Origin: Yuukianura sp. NJ FZ-2021
Taxonomy: Eukaryota
DNA length: 64,000 nt
Reading direction: 5' to 3'
Assembly (NCBI GenBank): GCA_046563655.1
Contig: CM102284.1
Span: 2,480,001 to 2,544,000, forward strand
A model generated the notes under the pieces. The model was not told where the DNA came from. It ran no database searches and saw only the letters and a program-made list of their open reading frames with translations. Position numbers and translations under genes: made by a program. Each line of letters starts with the position of its first letter. Positions within the stretch are counted from its first letter, which is position 1. Positions 36,901-51,168 of this stretch are shown one piece after another.

Positions 36901-39900
36901 AGAAACTACAAATTAGCCGCGTTTCAAAGGAAGATCAGGGTAAGAAATAGTGTCACATTTAGAAATTCTAAAGAGAGCAGATAAAGAAGTTTGAACAAAA
37001 ACTGTTTAAAAGAAGTTGAACTTTTCAAATAAAAAAATTTGATATTTCAAAACTCTTGTTTTAAAAAGGGATTTACCAGTGCTTAGCCCAGAGTGGAGAC
37101 GGAGAAACCTTTCAACAGAAGTCATCTGAACTTCGTCTTGGTGGTAAGAGATAAGGAAAGACATTCCCCATTTCCTCCTTTTAATTCTAAAAGCAATTTG
37201 TGTCCTAATCCTCTTTCAGTCCAAGCCGTCCACACTCCCGCCCATTCTCTTCTCTACTTTGTTCAAACAGTCTTTTTAGAACAGAAAAAGACGGAAGAGG
37301 CAGAACAGAAAAGAAAGTGAAAGCAAAAGCACTTTTGTTTTTTGTTTGCAAAACTTTCACCTAATCAACCCAAAATCTGTGGCTGGAATTAGGGCCTCTT
37401 CTCTTCATCAACTTCCCTCTTCTATAAGCCCTATCAAAACATTCTTTTCGCCCCAACACAGTCCTCGTCCTCAATACTCAGCCCTCACCCTAAAGTCCTC
37501 CAAAAAAATTTTTGTACTTTATTTTGAAATTTGGAAATGGAGACTCACATTTTTTGTCATCAGCGTCAGCATATGAACTTCATATTTTAGAATTCTGATT
37601 TTTGTAATTTCCATTTCAAAACGCCTTTGTAAACGTTTTTAGAAATCCCTGCAACAGATTTTCTCAAACTTTCTGGAAACAATTCCCATAAAGTTCAAAA
37701 AGTTTCAGCAATTTGCTTAGCAAGCACAAAATTATTTTTAATTCTTGTTAGAAGTTTTTGAATTCAATGCGAAATTTTAGATTTCCAGCAGTTTAGTTTT
37801 CCGGGAGCTTTTTGTTCAATAGCTCACAATTTTGTGTTTGCCGCGTCGTGTTGTGTTTTTATTTATACGCGAAGTTTTTTTCAAGTTCTGTAGAATATCG
37901 CTGGAAATAGATTACACTAAATACTAGGTTAGTCCTCTACTCAACGGCTTGGTCCTCATCTTGACTGAAGTTAAAAAGTCACAACCTTGTTCATTTGATC
38001 CTAGCGAGATTCCTTTGATCAAGTTCACATTTCCGTTCATTCCTTCACTTCTTTGTCACGGATTTGTCTCTCTTCTCTTTCTCTCTAAGAGAAAGCAGCT
38101 CAATGTTGTTCTTTAAAAGAGAAAGTCCATTTCCGCCTTGTCTCGAGTCGAATCAACGTCTGTTTCTTTATTTTCAAACTAACTCTCTCTCCTTCCTAAC
38201 CCTCTTTCAAGTTGAAATATTATTGTTTCGGATTTAGTTTTTTGGGGCAAGGTGAAACGGGCAGTGGCAGGGTAGCAGGGTAGCGGATGTCGTTAGATTC
38301 GATCCTCCATTCGCTTTCCTTCCTTCTTCTCTTTAATGATCCTTTCCCGTTTCCTCTTTCCCACTGCCCTGTCCTCTCTCCCGGGAAAACTAAAAAGGAA
38401 AAAAGAAAGTCGGATTTATTTCTACAGAATTGGATGTGTTTCTGCCCAATTGAGCTCGTGGAGCCTTCGCCTCTTGCCAGCAAAAATACAAAGCTTTTTT
38501 TAGCTCCAAGGATACAACAGTTACAAGAAAAATCGCTTTCACCATTTTTATCGCTGTAGTGCTGAAGCGCTTCCCTCATTTCTTCTTTTCCTTTTTAGCT
38601 GAAAATGGGCGAAAAAAAGATTCTGGCTCACCACTTTTTTAATTAAAAAGGAGATGGATGAGGTGCCTAATTAATTAGGTGGGTTTCCGCGCCAACTTCG
38701 AAGTTGGCCCAACCTAATTTTGGGCTGAGGTTCAAATTAGGTTGTAAATGAAGGTGTTAGGTTTGTGTTATTTTTTAATTAACTGAAGACCAAAAAGCTA
38801 ACAAAAATTTGTTTCGTTTTTAACTTTTTTGAACAGATTCGAAACCAGTGCTGCTCTATACTTTCATTGACCAAACAGTCCTTCCTGGAACAATCCTTTC
38901 CGTGCGGTGCAAGGGAACAGGGTAAATTTTCAAGAAAAAAAAATAACTTAAGACAAAAAACCATTTTTTTGACAAATTTTTACCCTCTGGTGATTATTTT
39001 AAACTGTTTTTTTTTTTTCAAAAAATTTTTGTGATTGAAGCTGGCCTATTCCCACGGTGACTTGGACTTTGGACGGATTTGAGTTGCCTGCGAGTGAGAG
39101 GTTTACGATAGACCAGTTTGTCGTTGACGATGTCGTAAGTTCGTTCATAAATATTACGGGCGTGGTCACTTCCGACGCAGGCGAGTACACTTGTGCCTTC
39201 CGAAATGTCGTTGGTGAAACTGCTCATTCGAATCGAATCAACGTCTATGGTGACCTCATTGTTCGGTCCATGCCGGAAGCCATTGCTGTGTTCGGAAAGT
39301 CGTTTCGCATCAAGTGCCCAGTGGGAGGATGGCCACTGGACAGAGTCACTTGGACAAGAGGAAGTGCCCTCCTCCCACAAAGTGTCCATCAGAAGGTCAC
39401 GCCCGATGGAACACTTTTCCTTGAAAGTGTCACAAAAGCGGATGGCGGAAACTATAAAGTGAGTTTTGTATTTAAAAAAACCAGTGATGTTACGCTTGGA
39501 AAAGAAAGCGTTTTTTTTTTCAAAAAATATTCTCCGAAAAGAAATGACCTGAATTTTTGGAAGTTTTGGCTCGGAGCTGCGAAACGTATTGCAATTTTTT
39601 TTAAGATATGAAAAACCACTATTTTTCCTGTTTCGTGATTGGTTGATTTGCAGTGTATCGCTTCCAGGCAAGCACAGATGGCTGAAGGTAACGTAGTTGT
39701 TAGCGTCGTTGGTAAGTTTTTGGCGTCTCTTTTGGTTGAGCACTGAGCATGCGCAGAGCACTTCCACACTTTCCCGCCCTTAACTTAAATTTCAGTTCAG
39801 CCAGCCATAACTCCATTCCAATTTGGAAATGCCGTCGCTGGGGAACGAGTTAGCGTGCTTTGTAGTCTCACGACGACAGGCCTCCACAACATCAGTATCA

Positions 39901-42900
39901 CATGGGAAAAAGATGGCCGGAAACTCAGTTCAGAACGGCATATGCAGAACGACGTTTTTCGAATCACGCGCATTGATGAATTTACGTCATCATTGTCCAT
40001 GCAAGAGCTTCGTCCTGACCTGGATGGCAACTACACTTGCAGGGTCAGTTCTGCTGTCCATCCACACATTGAGGCTTCCTGGACCTCCAAGCTACGAGTC
40101 AACGGTGGGTTGCTGCAGAACGCAAATTTTAATTTGGCGCAAATCTGCGTGTGTTAAGAAAACAAAACAAAAAACGCGTTATATTTAAAGCTCACTTTGT
40201 TCCACAATTTCCCAAACAAATGCACTTGCTTCCATTCTGCACTAAAAATTAAAAGCGAGAATTGTGGCTTTGAACATTTCAAAATTTGTCGTTTCAGTTC
40301 CCCCGCGAATTACAAAATTCAACTTTGAGGAAATGATTGTTGAAGGAATGAAAGTGCAGGCATTGTGCTTTAGTCAAGGAGATTTACCACTAACATTCAA
40401 ATGGTTTCGTGATGAAACCCCTTTACTCATTTCTGATTCAAATAATGGATTTAACTTGGCGAGTTTTGGCGCCAATTCGCAAATCCTTACCATTGAAAGC
40501 GTAGGAGTTGACATGGGTGGGGTCATTTCCTGTCAAGTGTCAAACCGGGCTGGAACTGCCGTTCACTCTGCATTACTCATGATTAAAGGTATTTAATTGA
40601 AGTGCACAACCGTCACTGCACAAAAGCACGCATGTCACTCACCCGCCACAATTTGAATTTTACAAAATTTAAAATCATTCCACTATGTCACGCTGCCACG
40701 CCTATTTCTGACTTTGCAAGAATTTGTCCAGCGCTTGAAAAAAATCAGCGTCAGAATCGTTTTTTGCACAAAAATGTACCGTATGTTGTAAAAATCTAAT
40801 TTGAAGTTTAATTCTTAGTGCCTCCAAAATTTTCTATTGAGCCGCAAGACATTTCAGCAACCGTCGGCAGTTTTTTGCAACTCCGATGTGAGGCCCATGG
40901 TCAACCCACTCCGCGTGTGAAGTGGTTGCAAGAAATCAGAGCTTCTGCGCATGACAGCTATCGTGACATCGATTCTTTACCTGGCGTTCGCAGTGTCAAT
41001 AGCACTCTGACATTCAGTCACGTCACGAAGGACCACGCTGGACCTTTTGTCTGCCAGGCGTCAAATGATGTTGGGCCTCCTCTTAACAAAAGAATTCAAA
41101 TCAGCGTCAACGGTATTCTTTGGCAGGCTTTTTTCAATTCTAAAATACGAATTCAAATTTTTGTAAATTTTCAGCACCTCCTAAAATTCGCTTCAGATCT
41201 TCCAAGGAAGTTGCGGAAATTGGACATGAAGTATCTCTGCGTTGCGTCGTTGAAGGAGATGCTCCAATTCGAATTTCATGGAAATTGAATGGCGTCGATA
41301 TTGCGCATGTCCATAGGCAGAACGACTCCTTTTCTGATCTCAAAATTAAATCCATTCGTCTAGCAGACAAAGGCGACTACGTCTGTTTTGCTTCAAATCC
41401 ATTTGGCCATGACTTCCATGTGATTTCGCTCCTTGTACAAGGTGAAAGCAAAATTCAAAAATTCTTCAAATTTTTTTTATTCACTGTTGCCGTTTTTTAA
41501 AATTTCTAGAACTACCCCAAAGTCCAAGTAATCTCCGAGTTGTGCATCAAACTAGTCGGTCTGTTACTTTAGCATGGTCAATTGTAGCATACATTGATGC
41601 TTACGTTCTCGAGTTCATTGTTCGGCACAAACGGAATGATAGTGGTACAATTTTAAATATTTTTCTTGTTTCAAAATATTAGAACTAAATTGATAATTTT
41701 TTTTAGACAACTGGATTACCGAAGTTGCCAATGGGGATGAGAGTAGCCGAACTATCAAAAACCTTCTTCCATTTACAACATACGTGTTCACAATTGGCGC
41801 CAGAAATCAAATCGGTTCTTCACAACCTTCTCCACAGCTTATTGTAAATTCAAAAAAAGATTAAAAGAAAAGGAAATTAAATACCAATCATTTGCAATTT
41901 TCAAGATTTAAACAACATTGGTTTTTCAGGTTACTACGGATGAAGAAGAGCCGAGTGCCGTTCGTCATTTAACAGTCGAGGAAATACAGGGCGTTGGTCG
42001 TAGTTTGCGTGTAGCTTGGGTTCGTCCAGAATTTCCTAATGGCTTCATTACTCACTACAACATCATGTATCAAAGGAGTAGGTGAGCACTCGTTTTCAAC
42101 TTCGATTGGAAATATTTCAAAAAAATTTGTTGCTGTTTTTAAAAATCCTCCATTTACCATTTGGGTTTTCCCGCCTTTTTATGAAGTGACAGTTACGGTT
42201 TTCGTGGAGACGGAAAGTATCGAAATGTGCCTTCGACACGCTCAAGTATCGTTCTTCGTGTGGAACCATCAAACCAGTACAGTATTATGGCCAGAGCTGT
42301 TAACCGTGCTGGTTATGGTTCCAATTCAACTTTAATTCAAATCCAGACACGAGAGGGCGTGCCCAAGTTTTCACCTGATGAAGTGAGGTGTGAGGGCCTC
42401 AGTGCCAAAAGTCTACAAATCACTTGGAAAGTACCAAAATCACCGCATAATGGTCTCATCATTGGATTTCGTGTGAACCTGGATCTCATTCAGACTGAAA
42501 TTTCATCAAGTTTTGCAACCAGTAAGTTAGTTTGCGTTTCACTCAAATTAAAAATTTACCGTCGGCGTGTTGTATCCGGTAGTACAACAGAAGAAACCAC
42601 ATCGCAAAAAAAAACTTTGACCAAATCGAGAAAATTTGATCAAGAAAATTTGATCAAAGAGTTAGTTGCAAGAAGGGGATTCTGTCTATCCCGGAACAAA
42701 AAAATAATCTTCGAGTAAACAGTAAAAATAGAACTTTAACTTGAATTTGGACTTTTTTTTAAAAAAGTGATTTCTATGTTTTTTTCTTTCTTTTCGAAAA
42801 TTTTAGGTTCGGAACTAGAATCGGAGGTTACCGGTACTTCAACTGTGATACAAGGGCTACGTGAACTGAGTCAATACAGTGTACAAGTAGCAGCTTTTAC

Positions 42901-45255
42901 CGCAGAAGGAACAGGACCACCTTCACGATCACTTCTTTGTTACACAAAGGAAGCACTGCCAAATATACCTTCGGAGCTAAAAGTTATTGAACTTATGGGA
43001 TATGTAATAATAGCATGGGCTTACACGTCGAGACCAAATGAAACTCTGCGCAAGTTCCATATTTACGTTCGTACGAGAGATGAGGGACAAGTTTTGAAAA
43101 AATCAGTTCTGGCAAACGCCAGAAAATACGAATTGCGGCATTTGGGAAGAGATGCCGTGTATGAAGCTTGTGTAACTGCAGAGAATGTTATTGGAGAAGG
43201 GAACCCAAGCCGTCCAGTACTGTTCAAAATTTTGCCGGGTGACAGCAAAGGTATAAGTGTTGTCGATTGATAAAAATCTTGCAATTACTTGTTCAAAATG
43301 TCCGTATATTATATTTGTAGTGTCAATACCTCCAACTATTCTGAGTTTTGGACAAAAGCTGACTGTTTCATGGAAAACTGACGTTGTTCTCGAATGTCAG
43401 TATACAACAACAGAGTCCAAACCAACAGTCATGTGGAAACGAAATGGCGCCGTGATGGAAGAATTTAAACAAGATACACTGGAGCTGCGCAACGTCAACT
43501 TCAAAGATTCCGGAAACTATTCTTGCACTGTAACTAACGGAATTCAGGCCGACCAAATTATATACACGCTTACTGTTCAAGGTAGTACTTATAAACCGAA
43601 ATCGCAAAGCTTCAAAAAACAATATGCACATAAATATTATTTCTGAAAAGCTTAATTTTTCGACATTTTTTGTCTAGTTCCACCAGAAGCACCAAGTTTA
43701 CAATCCAGAAAAATTGCTTCAAACGGTTCAACTATTTTAAATTGGAATGCTCCCACTTCCGCTACTTCTCCGCGTATCCTTGGATACAACCTCAACTACC
43801 GCCCACTAGATGGCGAATGGGAAGAAATCAATCTAGACAAAAAGCAAACAAGTTACGAACTACGTTTGGCCCCATTTGAGTGTTTTTCAAAAACTTATGA
43901 ACTTTTCCTAACTGCCTACAACTCCATTGGAAGTAGCCTCCCAAGTGACACGCTCCGAGTGGAGGTAGAAGGTCACTTCAATTTCCCACCCCATGCAACG
44001 ATACTCTCCTACAACGAAACTTCTTTAACGCTTAACTTTTCTACACTGCCACTTTTTGAATGTGAAAATTCCTTGCTGACCATGGAGTTCAAGACTGTGG
44101 ATGAGAATCAGTGGGTGTTGGGTCATGTGACAAACTGGAGTGATGCTGTGACCTTGGTTGACCTCCAAACTCACAAGGACTACGAAATACGACTCAAAGT
44201 TCAGTCTGACCAAAGCTCAAAAGTTCAACAGTTCAAAGTTTCTTTGTCAAGACAGTCACTGCTTGACCACCAAACGCTAAGCGGCGGTTATCGTGAAGCG
44301 CTGGTTGTCGTTCCATTGACATTTGCCCTTGTCGCAATTTTGACAAGTATAGTTGGCACCGCGGTATTTTGTTGGCGGAGAAGTAAGCAAGATTACTTAA
44401 CTATTTTTAAATTTCTTCTTTCATCATGCCGGATTTCAGTTTTTGAACAATTTAAATCTTCACAGGAAAAGAGAAGAATGGAAGACAGAGTCTTTCGCTT
44501 AGCGGAAATTCGTTTTCTATGCACGAAAAAGCGGACCGGGAGTACACAATAATTCGAGAGAAGCAATTTAAAGACAGTGACTGTGCAACAGGTCAGTGCT
44601 TTACATTGTTCGAGTTATGCTTATTCGTTGGTATGATTCTCAAATGTGATTTGATTGCAGAAGCAGATGAGGACATTCGTCCCTACGCAACATTCCACAT
44701 GCGACCTAATCATGTCAATATGCAACCAATTCCAACTCATGCGCATGACTTGTATTGCGATCCTTCTGTGCAGGTACAATACCACTCAAAAAAATTTCTG
44801 CTTATGATCTCTACCGTTCATATGCTTATGTAAAGTACAAGTAAAAATTGTTTTTTTTAAATGCACAGGGTCTCCCTCCAGACGACTCGGATTATTCTAC
44901 GTACACCCGCTACGACCGAAATTCTCGCGACGACTATATGACCGAAAATGATTATGTAGGAAATTTCAATACTCATTCCAACTCATTTTTATGTGGAACG
45001 GATACGACTTCACGCATGGTCACAATGGTGGCAGACAAAAGGTCAAGCCTGCCTAGGTCACGGCACAGGCGCAGTCAAGGACATTCTGTACCGGGAAGCA
45101 CGGAGCAGCGGAGTGAGCGGTACCGGTCGAGCGGTAGCAGTTCTGGTTCCGGTACGGGTGCTAGTTCTGGTGCTCAAGGACGAAGTGTTAAAAGGAGGCG
45201 GAGAGATGAAGATCCTTACATGTGCCCACACGATCATGCTTTCATAAACGTTTGA
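27987..45255 (+). CDS. Dscam: Dscam-family cell adhesion receptor (9 Ig, 4 FN3, Ig, 2 FN3, TM, cytoplasmic tail; Ig7 exon duplicated)
   Basis: Ig1 GPTFLDEPP from 33091, successive Ig and FN3 exons, TM VVVPLTFALVAILTSIVGTAVFCW and tail motif EDIRPYATF; stop at 45255. The signal-peptide exon 27987-28053 (MFSKWRETSILACLLTIWRNAEG) is phase-compatible but tentative. Confidence 0.9.
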
Positions 45256-46458
45256 AGAAAAAGTTGATAAATTAAACCAGAAATGTTTCATGAAGGCAAA
45301 AACGAAGGAATTTTTTAAATATTATTTTTACAACTCAAAAAGTAAATCAAAACGTGTTATCGTATCGCACATCCTGTTTTTGGTTGGGAATTACGTTTTT
45401 TTGATATATGAACTTCATGCCGCAAGTTTTTAGCGATCCAATGAAAATTGCTGACAAAAATTCCACCAACACGGTTTCGATTTCACATGGGGCACCATTA
45501 GTTTTTTTTCTGCTTTTTTAAAAGCCATTCTTTTTTCAATCACAAAAGTTCAGCGTAGCAACAAGCATTTGGGAAAAAAAATTTAAGTTATTCACTAGAG
45601 GTAATCACAAGCCTGCCAAATACAACCGCTTCCGAGTCAGTCCATCCGTTTCAATATTGCAAAGGGGGCATAACAGTTACCTTTGCACTATTAGATTTTG
45701 AATTTATAAACAGCATTGGATCCACCTATTACGTGTCGTTTTCAACCTTGCCAGTTTTTCAACTTAAGCCATTTATAATCAAGATGAATAGACCATATGT
45801 AGACCCAAGCCACACCCTTAAGAGGGAAGCACACGCCTTCAAAATGCATCATTAAATAGCAAAAGTAGTTCGCTACTTTATGTTCTTCCCCGAGTCTGTC
45901 TGTCTGTTGCTCATCATAACCCGGGATCCACTAAACGATCTTCAGTTTCAACCGATAAACTTCAAATGGTATTGGGGTAAATAACACCGCTTTCTTGATC
46001 CGAAGTGGGCAACTGACGGGTTGTGCACTCCATTTTTATTTCGCTACTTACGTACGGCGTTTACGACGATTTATTGTGTAATTAGTTTCTAAAGAAAAGT
46101 CGAAGGGTATAGTGAAAAACTAATTATAGATTGAGTAAGATGATATCACTAAAATTGGTTTGCTTCAAAACTCCAGGAATTTTATACGAAATATTCCAAA
46201 AGTAAATAATTCGCTCCCAGCACGGACATTTAGGAAGGCCTTGAATTCGAATATTTTCATTCCACAATCTAGAAGATTCAGGGGCTTTATAAGTCTTTAA
46301 TTAGACAAAAAAAAGGAGTACATTTTTGTTATGTACGCCTACTACTTCACCGATTTCAAACTTCTACATATATCACCGGACTCTTTTAGAACATTGTTCA
46401 GTTAACATAATAATTTCCAGTTCTCAAAGGTAGCGAAGCAAATTCAATATCTTAAACG

Positions 46459-47692
46459 ATGGATCCAACTCTTCTTCGAATGTCTCAAGTTCTTTGTAAC
46501 TGGGGCCGAATTTGTGGCCAAATTCCGTTCAAGCTTAACGACAATGCGTTAGTCACTTACGAAACTTCGGCGCAGTGGTGGATAAGTTCCTGCCTCGTGA
46601 CTCCATCAAATATAGCGTTTGTGTTATTCCGGTTCTTATCGACAATTCCGGAACAAACGTTGCTCATTTTCATTTTCCAATCAATGTATTCGTTCTTCAT
46701 CGGTCTCCATTTTATCTGCTTCTGTACGTACGCCGCTTGGGGCAAGAAACTTGTCAACCACCGTAACAAAATGCATACATCATTTAAAGTCATCAGCAGT
46801 AAGTTCCAAAAAATTTTAGTACACTTATTTTGGCTTCCTAACAAAAAAAAAGTAATGCAGCGCTTGCTTAACGCTCTTAGGTGTATACAAACAGAAGAAA
46901 AAGTATACGATGCCAAGCGATAACTGGCAGAAATATTGCAAAATTTACATTCTGGCGCAGTGTACCACAGCATTGACTACAGCGGTTGGATGTGCTGTAT
47001 TTACCATGAAATACAAAAACGAAATACCTGCGCTAATTGGGTCGCTGTTCGCTTCACACTCTTTGATTTTGGGCGGAATGTTGCAGTTCTTGCTTGTCTT
47101 TAGTACATGGGCGGGCGTCAATGAATTGAGCAGTGCATTTCTCATAGACGTTTTCTGGTGCATCTCAAGTCTAAGAAGGTTGACACATGCTGTACATCAC
47201 TCTGCCAACAACGTTTCACGACTACTCCGCGTTGTGCATCTATATAAATCATTACAACTGACGATTGGCTTGTTCAATGACATCTCACGCGACTACATCC
47301 TAGTTGCAATTACGAATGTTATAACCGGAATAGCTACAGCAGGAATGGCTCTGTACATTGGGTATCATCATGTCGTGGACTTTGACGCTCTTTACACAAC
47401 GTTTTTCATCACACTCTTAGCAACTTTCTTCTTGGTGGTGTCATACTACACGTTGGGTGACATCAACGAGAAATCAAAAAAATTGATCGTCAAGATGCGG
47501 TACAAAATTCTGCGGATGAACGTTGAACCAAACGGCAAAGCTTTGTTGAAAATGTACAACCGATCTCTTTTGCCTTTAAAAATTGAGCTAGGTTCTTTCG
47601 GCTACTACAAAAAGCAAAACAGTCTCAGGATCATTGCCAAATTGTTCTACTACTCAAACAAAATAATTTTAATTACCAAGAAGGTGTTTTAA
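46459..47692 (+). CDS. Gustatory-receptor-like 7TM chemoreceptor
   Basis: Exons 46459-46798 and 46881-47692 join in frame. Multiple TM segments and C-terminal PLKIELGSFGYY motif. Confidence 0.7.
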
Positions 47693-48783
47693 TTTCGCAT
47701 CAATAATTTCTTGTAAATAGTTAGAGTTTAAATTTTCTATTTTCCTGCATATAACGTTCTTCACCTGTCCATGAAAGTAAATGAAAGTATTAGCATATAT
47801 TGGTACAAATAGGTGTTTTAGTTGCGCATAAAATTTGTGAAATTAATTACTTCGTTTAAATTTACCGTTTTTCTGAATATAATTTTCCTTAATTTGTCTT
47901 TGAACTCAATTGAAAATGTAGACACATATTTGTAAGAATTTATAATTTTGCACGATAAAAAAATCTTAGACTTTTGATTGTTTTGATTTGTACAGCACCA
48001 GCACATTTATCTCGTCGACTTTTAATCTTCATATCGCAACATTTTTCTCTTCTAACGAATTTCTCTGCTAACGGTGTACGTAATTAGTTTATAAGGAAAA
48101 TTCAAAGATTATATGGAAAAGCTAATTATGGATTGAGTAAGATTATATCACTCAAATTGGTTTAGTTCAAAATTGCAGGAATTCTTTAAACATTTTACAT
48201 TCTTTACACAAAGAATTTATCTCCATTTTTTCGGAGATTTTTATTTTTGGTAATTTCATTTATGCTTAAATCTTTTAATAATAATAGTTTATTTAATAGT
48301 TTTTAATAATAAAGGTTTATGCATGTTGTTCCTTTAAACCTTTTTGATCGAGTGTAAACAAAGCAGGTTGCTTTTAGTTGCCAAATGTAGCAAAACCTCA
48401 AAAATACTGCTAGTCAATACTGAATGAAAAACGTGGGCCAATTGCAATGCGTGGTGTAAAGCCAGAATTCAGTTCTACTGCACACAAATTAGTACTGTAA
48501 AAGCTGCGGAGTTTCACCAGGTAATAGGGTTCAGGTAGAGAAAGTGAAAAGAAGAAAGCGGAATTGTCACACAAAAGTGAAGGAATCCAATACAGAAGCA
48601 AAAGCTTTGGATCCATGGAAATTCCGTTGAATCAATACGAAGGGTGTTAGCCTCAAATAACTATACTTCAGGCCACGGCGAGGGCTCAAAGCAAGCAGAA
48701 TTTGACTTCAAGACGTTTCCGAAAATAAAAATTTACTTAATAACATAGTTAAATTCAGACAGTAATTAATATTAAAGTGCAAC

Positions 48784-51168
48784 ATGGTTGGAAACCGTAT
48801 GGCCGAGGGAGCTGAACTAGATAACTTCGAAACGCAAGCTCGAGATGAGCTAACCAAGCTCACTCGACAACTCCGCCTGATGGAGAACGACAAAAACACG
48901 TACTTGAAGGAATCTCTTGGAGCTTTAAGCCATCAATCGTAAGAAAAATTGTCTATGGCTACGGTTATTGTTGCTAAAAAACACATATATAAATTTTAAT
49001 AAACACAATATTAATACGTACTTCTCTTTTATTTTTTTTTTTTGAACCTAGCAACGTTTTAAATAGCTTGAAACATGAACAAGCAGAACTTCAACAAACC
49101 TTGAACTCTATTAATCAGATTAATAAAGACCAAAGCCAATACGCACAAATTTCAAAATTGGCCGGCTCCTATCAAGCCTTAAATCAAAAAATCCAAAGAG
49201 ACAAGTTGATTTCAAACAAGCTTGAACAGAAATTGGAAAATGCAAGTGCCAGAGTAGAGGATCTCCAGTTCTTTGTAACTCAAAAAGTCAAACAGGAATC
49301 TCTAACTCCTCAGTTACGACATGGAATTTCCATTGCAAAGCAAAAATTGGAAACGGTATATTTGGCAAACATTTGAACAATAAAAATAGAAACTAAAATG
49401 CACGTACATTTAGTATTGTATCGAAAAATTAGGTGACGAGAAAATTTGACTCCGTTGTTGCTGAAAATTCTCAGTTAAGACAACGCGTGAACGAAGCTCT
49501 TCAGGACAATTTCGGAATTAATTTAAAATTTTGCCAACTGGAAGAAGACGTTGAAAAGTTGAAGGCGCGTAATCTTGACCTAGTCGACCAAGCCACACTT
49601 GCCTATGACCAGAGGTACGTCTAAAACATGTCGAACAATAGCATGGGAAATTTTCATTTTCATATTTACTCTAATTTTATGTTATTTTCAGGGAAGAAGC
49701 TGTAGGAAAGATGATAACCTTAATGGAAAGAAATGCAAAAGAGAACAAACAGTATTTGTTGGAAATGAATGAATTGACGAGAACAAACCGACATGAGAGG
49801 AAGCTGATGGATTTTTTGGAGACCAAAAACAAAGATCGCCTCTTTCTGGAATCTACAGAGGATCGCAAAAGTACGATCCACACAGCATAGATGTGTGGAT
49901 ATGTTGCAAAAATAAGTTGAATGAATGAATGAATGTAAAAAGAAGTGATCTAACGTGGTTTTTCATTACTTGGGTCAATTTTCTAAATTTTCTAAAAGTC
50001 AATTTAAAAAAAAAACTATACAAAGCATTTTGTTACAGGTCGATTGGATTTAGCGAGAGAAAGATTTGCAGACGAAGCATTGGAGGAATACACTGAGAAT
50101 TTTGAAAAGCTGCTGACAACTCCTACTTCGAAGTTGTCGGATTTGGGAAACGAGTATGCCCAAATTTACACAAGTAATGTAAAGAAGTTTGAATCGGTCA
50201 ACAAACTTGAACAAGACGTACGTACAAGACTGTTTGCAATTTTGAAAAACAAAAATATAGTATGTACCGACTCTTCTGACGCTACTTTCTAGATGGAATC
50301 ACTTCAAAAAACTGCGACTGATTTTCGTAGAAGCATCAAAACCTGCACCTTGGAAATTGTCGAACAGAATCAAACCAAAAACAAGCTTATTCTTCTGCTA
50401 TTGGTAAAAATTATGTTTAACTGTGGATAACCTTCATCAAAATAAGTAACTAAAATAATGATTTATGATTAAGACAAAGTCATTTTATGCTTTCTTTCAG
50501 AGTGGCTTGGAGGACATGACCAACAAGGCAGAATTGGCAAAAATGACTTTGGCAACAACTGAAGTTGAATTGCAGGCAGTTTTGAAATCGGCTTCAAATC
50601 TGTTTCAAATTACCTCAAACAAGGACAGTACTAATGTTTTGGCTCTTCTCGGTAACAATTTACGAAGTTTCATACAAAACAATATGAAAACAATTTTTCA
50701 TTGTTACGACGGTGAAAATATTTTAGGATCAAATGATGAGATTTCCCTGGAAAATTTACTTCTCTACATGAATGTAATTGAAGAGCAAATCGCATTTATT
50801 TTGGATAAACAGAAAAACCCGGCATATGCTAACGGGGAAGGAACAAGGTGGAATGATGTGGCCAAACTGGCCCGCCCAGTTTCAAGGACCAGATCAATAT
50901 TTTCAGCTATTTCAAGGTCATCGCCCGTCCTTTCTCAAAAGCTTGTCAAGTGAGGCAATGTTGAGTTATGTATGCAATTGGCATAAACGGCACATGACCT
51001 CTATTTTTGTTTGTTGAATATTTCAGTAAGTCAAGTCACTATGAAGTTTTGCAGCAGGATTTGTCTCCTGTCGCTTACACAACACTAAGAGAACGACTGC
51101 GCGACGCAAGTGCAACTACACAATCGAACGACTCTGGTGATGAATCGGTATTGTCGCAAGTAGAATAA
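48784..51168 (+). CDS. Outer dynein arm docking complex coiled-coil protein (CCDC63/CCDC114-like)
   Basis: Multi-exon coiled-coil protein. N-terminal ELTKLTRQLRLMENDKNTY, FDSVVAENSQLR, ATLAYDQR|EEA and NLLLYMNVIEEQI resemble ODA-DC2 family motifs. Confidence 0.75.

Noticed and set aside
33402-38855. Hypervariable Dscam1-type Ig2/Ig3 exon arrays in the long introns
   Set aside because: No repeated Ig half-exons were seen in these introns.
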